The position numbers and the translations under genes were made by a program. Under the pieces are notes generated by a model. The model worked only from the letters and a program-made list of their open reading frames with translations. It was not told where the DNA came from and did not search any database. From a bacterium (GTDB taxonomy: Bacteria; Zhuqueibacterota; QNDG01; DTFT01), in assembly GCA_030372965.1 (NCBI GenBank), contig JAUCQC010000228.1:15203-79202 (forward strand): a stretch of DNA of 64,000 nucleotides, read 5' to 3'. Shown here in pieces: positions 10,249 through 16,003 of this stretch (the first letter of the stretch is position 1; every line of letters starts with the position of its first letter).

Positions 10249-11603
10249 ATTCCGCCAACATACTCGTCATCGAGGACAACGAAGACCTTTCGTTCACCAT
10301 ATCGAAGGTTCTGCAGAAGGAGGGGTTCAAGCCGTTCACGGCGAAGTCCGGCGAAGAAGGCCTTCTTCTGTTCCGGAAGGAGATCGTGGACCTGCTCCTG
10401 CTTGATCTGAAGCTCCCGAAGATGAACGGGCTCGAGGTGCTCTCCCGCGTCAAGGAGATGGACCCGGACCTTGCCGTCATCATTATGACGGCCTCCACCG
10501 ACCTCAAGCCCGCCATCGAAGCCAAGAAACGGGGCGCCACTGATTATCTCATGAAGCCGTTCGAACTGGACGAGATGAAACTGGTCGTCAGGAAGGCGCT
10601 GGAAATGCACCAGCTCAAGATCGAGGTGGCCCGTCTCCGGCGTGACCACGTCAAGGCGAATCCCCACGACACGCTGTACGGTGAAAGCCCGAGAATCAAG
10701 GAGATCCGCAAGCTCATCCAGATCGTGTCGGAGACCCCCCGAACGTCCGTTCTCATCCAGGGCGAAAGCGGCACGGGCAAGGAACTCGTCTCGAACGCCA
10801 TTCACACGGCCAGCAACCGGGCCGGCAAGCCGTACATCAAGATCAACTGCAGTGCCATTCCCGACAACCTGCTCGAAAGCGAGCTTTTCGGCCACGAGAA
10901 AGGCGCCTTCACGGACGCGAAACTCATGAAGAAGGGCCTTTTTGAGCTCGCCAACGGCGGCACGATTTTTCTCGATGAAATTTCCAGCATGAAGCTCGGA
11001 CTGCAGCCGAAGATTCTGCGCGTGCTCGAGACGCAGACGTTCCGCCGCATCGGCGGCATCGGCGACATCAAGATCGATATCCGGGTCATTGCCGCGTCCA
11101 ATACCGACCTTGGCGAACTGGTGAAGCTCAAGGAATTCCGGGACGATCTGTACTACCGCCTCAAAGTCATGGAAATCGACCTGCCGCCGCTCCGGGACCG
11201 CAAGGAAGACATCATGCTTCTCGCGAAGCTCTTCCTTCAGGAATTCAACAAGGAATTCAACAAGCGGGTTCAGAAATTCCACGCGAAGACCGAGGAACTT
11301 CTGACGGCCTACCATTGGCCGGGGAACGTCCGGGAGCTCAAAAACGTCATCGAACGCGCCGTGATTCTCACTCAGGACGACACCCTTCACCCGGATCACC
11401 TGCCGATCGAACTGAAGGAGGAGAAGCGCGCCTTCATGCCGGAAAGGGCCGCCATGGGCAGGATGTCTCTGGAGGAAATGGAAAAAATGCACATCGACCA
11501 GGTCCTGCAATCCGTCAAGGGCAACAAGTCCCAGGCCGCCAAAATACTGAACATCTCAAGATCGACGCTTCGGGAAAAACTGAAGGCCTATCAGATCGCT
11601 TGA
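10245..11603 (+). CDS. Sigma-54-dependent response regulator (NtrC/AtoC family bacterial enhancer-binding protein)
   Basis: ATGA overlap with the kinase gene. REC (ILVIEDNEDL, LLLLDLKLP, IIMTAS, YLMKPF), AAA+ (GESGTGKE, the GAFTDA sigma-54 contact loop, RVIAASN, ELFGHEKGAF), and a C-terminal Fis-type HTH (AAKILNISRSTLREKLK). Confidence 0.95.
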   Translation: MNSANILVIEDNEDLSFTISKVLQKEGFKPFTAKSGEEGLLLFRKEIVDLLLLDLKLPKMNGLEVLSRVKEMDPDLAVIIMTASTDLKPAIEAKKRGATDYLMKPFELDEMKLVVRKALEMHQLKIEVARLRRDHVKANPHDTLYGESPRIKEIRKLIQIVSETPRTSVLIQGESGTGKELVSNAIHTASNRAGKPYIKINCSAIPDNLLESELFGHEKGAFTDAKLMKKGLFELANGGTIFLDEISSMKLGLQPKILRVLETQTFRRIGGIGDIKIDIRVIAASNTDLGELVKLKEFRDDLYYRLKVMEIDLPPLRDRKEDIMLLAKLFLQEFNKEFNKRVQKFHAKTEELLTAYHWPGNVRELKNVIERAVILTQDDTLHPDHLPIELKEEKRAFMPERAAMGRMSLEEMEKMHIDQVLQSVKGNKSQAAKILNISRSTLREKLKAYQIA

Positions 11604-11635
11604 TGCTCTGATTTCGACCATGCCGGAGGAACCAG

Positions 11636-11653
11636 CGCCTGCGTAAGCAGGCG
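11636..11653. promoter_or_regulatory. Perfect palindrome CGCCTGC-GTAA-GCAGGCG: either a weak terminator of the activator gene or an enhancer (UAS) site
   Basis: 7-bp arms, 33 nt after the stop of the NtrC-type gene and about 75 nt upstream of the -24 element at 11727. There is no clear T-tract. Confidence 0.3.
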
Positions 11654-11726
11654 TATCTATATGGCTAAATCTACAAATAACAATAAATAAGGAGTCTTGC
11701 CGGTAATCCGTTTAAAATCTGTTTCC

Positions 11727-11741
11727 TGGTATGTATTTTGC
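11727..11741 (+). promoter_or_regulatory. Sigma-54 (-24/-12) promoter TGGTATGTATTTTGC
   Basis: GG (11728-29) and GC (11740-41) are separated by exactly 10 nt. It matches 9 of the 12 defined positions of TGGCACG-N4-TTGCW. It is preceded by an AT-rich stretch and sits directly downstream of an enhancer-binding-protein gene. Confidence 0.65.
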
Positions 11742-11787
11742 CCGACAAGGTGTCAGCAAATCACATCCGTACGAGGGAACAGACTTT

Positions 11788-12189
11788 TTGAGCACCTGGA
11801 AAAAAAGAGTGTTGATCGTGGACGATGAAGAGGATTTGACCTGGAGCATCGTCCGGGGCCTTTCGAAAGAACGGTCGGGCCTCGAAGTGCATTGCGCCAG
11901 TTCGGGTTCGGGCGCCCTGGATCTGATGGACCGCCATTCGTACGATCTGCTGGTCACGGACGTGCGAATGCCCGGTCTGGACGGAAAGGGACTCGTGCAA
12001 CGGGCGCGGTGCAAGCACCCCGGCCTGAGAATCATCCTGATGACCGCTTTTCCGTCTCCGGATGTACGGGAATTTGCGGAACGCTTCCGCGTGTCGGAAA
12101 CCGTGGAAAAGCCTTTTGAAATGGGGGAGTTCCGGCGCCTGATCGGGAGTCATCTGGAGACGGATTCCATTCCTTCCGGGACCGCCTGA
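11788..12189 (+). CDS. Single-domain CheY-like response regulator receiver
   Basis: All canonical receiver residues are present (VLIVDDEED, LLVTDVRMPG, IILMTAF, VEKPF). I prefer the TTG at 11788 (GAGGGA 9 nt upstream) because the tracked ATG at 11731 lies inside the sigma-54 promoter. A GTG at 11809 is an alternative. Confidence 0.85.
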   Translation: MSTWKKRVLIVDDEEDLTWSIVRGLSKERSGLEVHCASSGSGALDLMDRHSYDLLVTDVRMPGLDGKGLVQRARCKHPGLRIILMTAFPSPDVREFAERFRVSETVEKPFEMGEFRRLIGSHLETDSIPSGTA

Positions 12190-12232
12190 CCGGGAGTGTC
12201 CGTCTAAAACCGCCTTGGGGAGAAACGAATTC

Positions 12233-13819
12233 ATGAAAAACGTTCCCGCATCATCCGCCGCTCCGGACATACCGCCGGAACGGATGGATGTCTATCAGAC
12301 GTCCATCCGGGTTCTGGGGGCCGGAGGCGCCGGAAACAACACCATCGACCGCCTCCAGAGACTGGGCATCCGCAATGTGGAAACCATCGCGCTCAATACG
12401 GACGCGCAGCAGCTGCTCGAGACGCAAACCCAAAGGCGAATCCTGATCGGAAAGAACATCACGGCCGGGCTCGGATCCGGCGGGGACCCGCAGATCGGTG
12501 AGCGATCGGCCGAGGAGAATCATGCCGCGATACGATCCGCGATCGAGGGCGCGGATCTGCTGTTCATCACCGGCGGCCTCGGAGGGGGCACCGCCACGGG
12601 CTCCATCCCGATCATCGGGCGGGTGGCCCGGGAACAGGGCACCCTGACGATGGCCATCGTCACCATGCCCTTTTCAGAGGAAGGCATCGTGCGGTGGGAA
12701 AACGCCCAGATCGGACTCGAGAAAATCCGCAAGAACGTGGACACCGTGATCGTCCTGCGCAACGACAAGCTCCACGACCTGTATCCGGACACCACGCTGC
12801 TCGATGCCTTCCGCAAAGCCGACGAAATTCTCATCCACAGCCTCATCGGGCTGTCCGACCTGGTGCAGAAACGGGGCCTGATCAATCTCGATTTCGCCGA
12901 TATCCGTTCGGTTCTCACGGACGGGCCCAATGCCGTGGTCGGGCTGGGGGAAAGCAGTTCTGAGAACAGGGCCGAGGAAGCCGCGCGCCGCGCCTTCAGC
13001 CATCCCATGATGGACTTCGACATCACGGGCGCCCAGAGCGCCATGGTGCACATCACCGGCGGCCCCGACCTGACGCTGAAGGAATCCCGGCAGGTGGTTC
13101 AGGCGATCTCCCGCAAGCTGGACCCGGGAGCGAAAATCATCTGGGGCGTGACCATCGACAAATCGATCAAGGGATCGCTGAAAGTTCTGATCATCGTGAC
13201 CGGCCTCGTCGAAAAAGAGGATGATTTCCCGAAGCGTCTCGACGAGTCGGAAACCGTTCCCCGGACGTCCGTGGAGACGGAAGCGACCGCCCTCGGTCCG
13301 CTTCAGCCGATCCGCGACGACGGCAAGAGCATTTTCGACATCAAGGAATCCATCATGGCTTCCGGCGAGGAGACCACCACGCTGACGAAGCCCAGAAAGG
13401 CCGTCGCGCAGTCCTCGCAGATATTTTACACCATATTCGAGGAAGAGGCCGCCGCGGATTTGAAGCGCTTCGACCGGGCCGTCCATCTGCTCCGGGAGAC
13501 GCCGGACAGCCGCAAGGCCCTGCTGGACGCCCTGCAGTCCTGCAAAATGCTGTTCGCGTCCGCCCAGATGTTCGGATTCGACGAAACCTGCCAGCTTCTC
13601 GGCGCGGTTCAGGACATCCTGCAGAGCGTTCACGCGAAGGAAATCCAGATGAATCCGAGAATCCTGGACTCCATTACGCTGGCGATCGAGATGGTCGTGG
13701 ATCTGATGGAAAACCGCTGCGACGGGCGGGGCGAAACCGGGTACATTGTGGACCGGCTTCGTGATCTGAGGAGCGAGCAGATGGAATCCACGGCTCCCGC
13801 GGACGGAAACAAGCCTTGA
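12233..13819 (+). CDS. FtsZ-family GTPase fused to a C-terminal His-less HPt-like (CheA P1-like) domain
   Basis: FtsZ core: GAGGAGNNT (T1), GGLGGGTATGS (tubulin signature), NLDFADIRSV (T7), IIWGVTID and KVLIIVTG. It is followed by an acidic linker and then about 100 aa that align with CheA P1. ATG at 12233, with GGGGAGA 9 nt upstream. Confidence 0.85.
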   Translation: MKNVPASSAAPDIPPERMDVYQTSIRVLGAGGAGNNTIDRLQRLGIRNVETIALNTDAQQLLETQTQRRILIGKNITAGLGSGGDPQIGERSAEENHAAIRSAIEGADLLFITGGLGGGTATGSIPIIGRVAREQGTLTMAIVTMPFSEEGIVRWENAQIGLEKIRKNVDTVIVLRNDKLHDLYPDTTLLDAFRKADEILIHSLIGLSDLVQKRGLINLDFADIRSVLTDGPNAVVGLGESSSENRAEEAARRAFSHPMMDFDITGAQSAMVHITGGPDLTLKESRQVVQAISRKLDPGAKIIWGVTIDKSIKGSLKVLIIVTGLVEKEDDFPKRLDESETVPRTSVETEATALGPLQPIRDDGKSIFDIKESIMASGEETTTLTKPRKAVAQSSQIFYTIFEEEAAADLKRFDRAVHLLRETPDSRKALLDALQSCKMLFASAQMFGFDETCQLLGAVQDILQSVHAKEIQMNPRILDSITLAIEMVVDLMENRCDGRGETGYIVDRLRDLRSEQMESTAPADGNKP

Positions 13820-13826
13820 ATCTGAT

Positions 13827-13886
13827 CGCTCGCTTACCCCGCCGCTTGCAGTGGGGTAAGCGAGCGAATAGAATATGTTTTTTTTT
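13827..13886 (+). terminator. Rho-independent terminator after the FtsZ-like gene
   Basis: 14-bp perfect stem CGCTCGCTTACCCC / GGGGTAAGCGAGCG (13827-13840 and 13853-13866), followed by a run of nine T (13878-13886). Confidence 0.8.
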
Positions 13887-13897
13887 CACCACGGATA

Positions 13898-13931
13898 GAA
13901 GATTCCCCGCGGTTCGCCGCGGGGAATCTTC
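13898..13931. repeat. 15-bp perfect-stem hairpin GAAGATTCCCCGCGG-TTCG-CCGCGGGGAATCTTC (member of the GAAGATTC inverted-repeat family)
   Basis: Read directly from the sequence. The flanks GATA...AA match the arms at 1639-1655 and 1836-1852. Confidence 0.8.
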
Positions 13932-13949
13932 AACGGCGGATGCGCCGCC

Positions 13950-13987
13950 GCCCGTTTCCAGCCGGCCGGCAGGGAACGGGCTTTTTT
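13950..13987 (+). terminator. Second terminator-like hairpin with a T6 tail
   Basis: GCCCGTTTCC ... GGGAACGGGC (one mismatch), followed by TTTTTT at 13982-13987. Confidence 0.5.
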
Positions 13988-14030
13988 AATGAATCCGTCC
14001 GCGAGCGCATTCCCCGGTCCCGTCCCGCTG

Positions 14031-14126
14031 CGCGGGATCAAGCAACAGATGCCAGCTATTGAAGACTTCGCGGGATCAGGCAATTCTGTTGATGAACTAT
14101 TGAAGACATGCAGCGGAGCCTATAAT
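14031..14126 (+). promoter_or_regulatory. Imperfect ~40-bp tandem duplication plus a TATAAT -10 box upstream of the FAD oxidase gene
   Basis: CGCGGGATCA(A/G)GCA occurs at 14031 and 14069. CTATTGAAGAC occurs at 14056 and 14097. A perfect TATAAT lies at 14121-14126, with TATTGA 17 nt upstream. Confidence 0.45.
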
Positions 14127-14170
14127 GGGATTTGGATGATCGGCGCCGCCCGATTGATGGAGTGACCGGA

Positions 14171-15823
14171 ATGGACCCGTCCGTTCTGTATTCTGAAAAG
14201 CCCGGCCCATCCGATCCGAACCGCGGCACGGCAATGCGTGTCACCGGAGCCGAACGCGTCCGCGCGGACCATGAGCCGTATCTGACCGACGAGTCCCGGA
14301 TGCCGGGCGGTTTCGCGGATGAACTGGTGTTTGCGGCCGAAGAACAGCAGGTCTGCGAAACGCTGGCCGGAGCCGGCCGGAGCGGAACCCCGGTGACGGT
14401 TTCAGGCGCCAGGACGGGCATCGTCGGCGGCGCGGTCCCGTTCGGGGGAATTCTGCTGTCCATGGAATCCTTAAATGGATTTCTCGGCGCCCGCCGGCCG
14501 AAAGGGGAGGGCGACTGGCGGGTCCGGGTCCGGCCCGGACTGACGCTGGAAGCGTTGAACCGCATCCTCGAGACGGGAGTCCCTGCCGGAAACGGCGGGC
14601 CGGGTTATGACCCGGACCGGTTTCCGGATACACCCCGGTTCCTGGCGGAATCCGCGTCCTGGTTCTACCCGCCTGATCCCACCGAAAAGACCGCGCATCT
14701 CGGCGGAACCGCTGCCACCAACGCTTCCGGGTCGCGTTCCCTGAAATACGGACCCACGCGGAATTGGGTGACGGCGATGCGCCTCGCCCTGCCGGACGGG
14801 AGCGTGGTTGAACTCCGCAGAGGAGAATGCGTTTCCGAGGGAGGAGACGGACTGCGCATCCGAACCGGCGGTCAGGAGCGCGTCGTGCATCCTCCCCGGA
14901 TCCGTCCGGTCCGGGTCAAGTCCACGGCGGGGTACTGGGGCGGAATGCCGCTGGATTGGATCGATCTGTTCATTGGTTCCGAGGGAACGCTTGGGGTCAT
15001 CACGGAAATCGAACTCCGGCTGGCCCGCAAGCCGGAATCCGTGTTCGGCGGTCTCGCCTTTTTCCGCGCCGAGGAGCAGGCCCTCTCCTTTGTCCGGCGT
15101 GCGGTTTCGCAGGACGGTCCGCGGCCTTCCGTGCTCGAATTTTTTGACGCGGCCGGCATCCGACTCGCGGCCGGCCGTGAATCCGGGTCCGGACGGTCCG
15201 TCTCCTTTCCATTCGATCCCGAATCCGCGGGTTGCGCGGTGTATTTCGAACAGGAATGCGCCGCGGACCGCATGGAAGAATCGATGGAAGGGTACGGCCG
15301 GATGCTGTCCGGTTGCGGCAGTTCCCTGGACGAGGCCTGGGGCGCGATGGACGAGCGGGAATTGCGCAAAATCACGGACTTCAGGCACGCGTTGCCTGAG
15401 GCGATCAACACGGTGATCGGCCAGAGGAAGCGGACGCATCCGGCGATCCACAAGGTCAGCACGGATTTCGCGGTTCCCGAAGAATCCTTTCCCGGCCTGT
15501 TTCGGCTGTACCGGGAACGCCTGGATCCGACAGGCTTGGAATACGTACTATTCGGGCACATCGGCGAAAATCACGTGCATCTCAATGTTCTGCCCGGATC
15601 CGAGGAAGAACTGAAGGCCGCGGTAAAGGTAGGACGGGATCTCGCAACCGAAGTGGTGCGCCTGGGCGGCACGGTCAGCGCGGAGCATGGCATCGGAAAG
15701 CTTAAAAAACATCTACTTGCAATCCAATTCGCGCCTGAGGACCTGGATTCCATGATCCGCGTGAAGAAAGAACTGGATCCGGGCTGGATTCTCGGCAGAG
15801 GATCTCTTTTTGATATCCCCTAA
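14171..15823 (+). CDS. FAD-binding oxidoreductase (GlcD / D-lactate dehydrogenase family)
   Basis: FAD_binding_4 pattern (VTVSGARTGIVGGAVP, GILLSMESLN, PGLTLEAL), GTAATNASG, GSEGTLGVITE, and a C-terminal FAD-oxidase_C region (GTVSAEHGIGKLK). I prefer the ATG at 14171 (GGAG 8 nt upstream) because the tracked TTG at 14132 abuts the TATAAT box. Confidence 0.8.
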   Translation: MDPSVLYSEKPGPSDPNRGTAMRVTGAERVRADHEPYLTDESRMPGGFADELVFAAEEQQVCETLAGAGRSGTPVTVSGARTGIVGGAVPFGGILLSMESLNGFLGARRPKGEGDWRVRVRPGLTLEALNRILETGVPAGNGGPGYDPDRFPDTPRFLAESASWFYPPDPTEKTAHLGGTAATNASGSRSLKYGPTRNWVTAMRLALPDGSVVELRRGECVSEGGDGLRIRTGGQERVVHPPRIRPVRVKSTAGYWGGMPLDWIDLFIGSEGTLGVITEIELRLARKPESVFGGLAFFRAEEQALSFVRRAVSQDGPRPSVLEFFDAAGIRLAAGRESGSGRSVSFPFDPESAGCAVYFEQECAADRMEESMEGYGRMLSGCGSSLDEAWGAMDERELRKITDFRHALPEAINTVIGQRKRTHPAIHKVSTDFAVPEESFPGLFRLYRERLDPTGLEYVLFGHIGENHVHLNVLPGSEEELKAAVKVGRDLATEVVRLGGTVSAEHGIGKLKKHLLAIQFAPEDLDSMIRVKKELDPGWILGRGSLFDIP

Positions 15824-15846
15824 CCCGTTGTATTTATAAAATTTTC

Positions 15847-15875
15847 TTGACATTTGCCGTTTTTTGCATTAAATT
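15847..15875 (+). promoter_or_regulatory. Sigma-70-type promoter TTGACA-N17-TAAATT for tRNA-Val (and probably thrS)
   Basis: The hexamers are at 15847-15852 and 15870-15875. The tRNA starts 13 nt after the -10 box. Confidence 0.7.
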
Positions 15876-15887
15876 TGTGACACTTTC

Positions 15888-15961
<74 letters not shown>

Positions 15962-16003
15962 CTCGGTATTTTCCTGCTTAAAGGAGAGAATAAAGGACGC
16001 CGG

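Noticed and set aside
11731-11787. ATG at 11731 as the start of the CheY-like gene
   Set aside because: The ATG lies inside the -24/-12 element, so it would be upstream of the predicted transcription start. The extra 19 aa are not receiver-like. The TTG at 11788, with an RBS, gives the usual short N-terminus before VLIVDD.
15962-16003. T-box leader upstream of thrS
   Set aside because: Only 42 nt separate tRNA-Val from the thrS start. That is far too short for a T-box (over 200 nt), and no specifier/antiterminator structure is visible.
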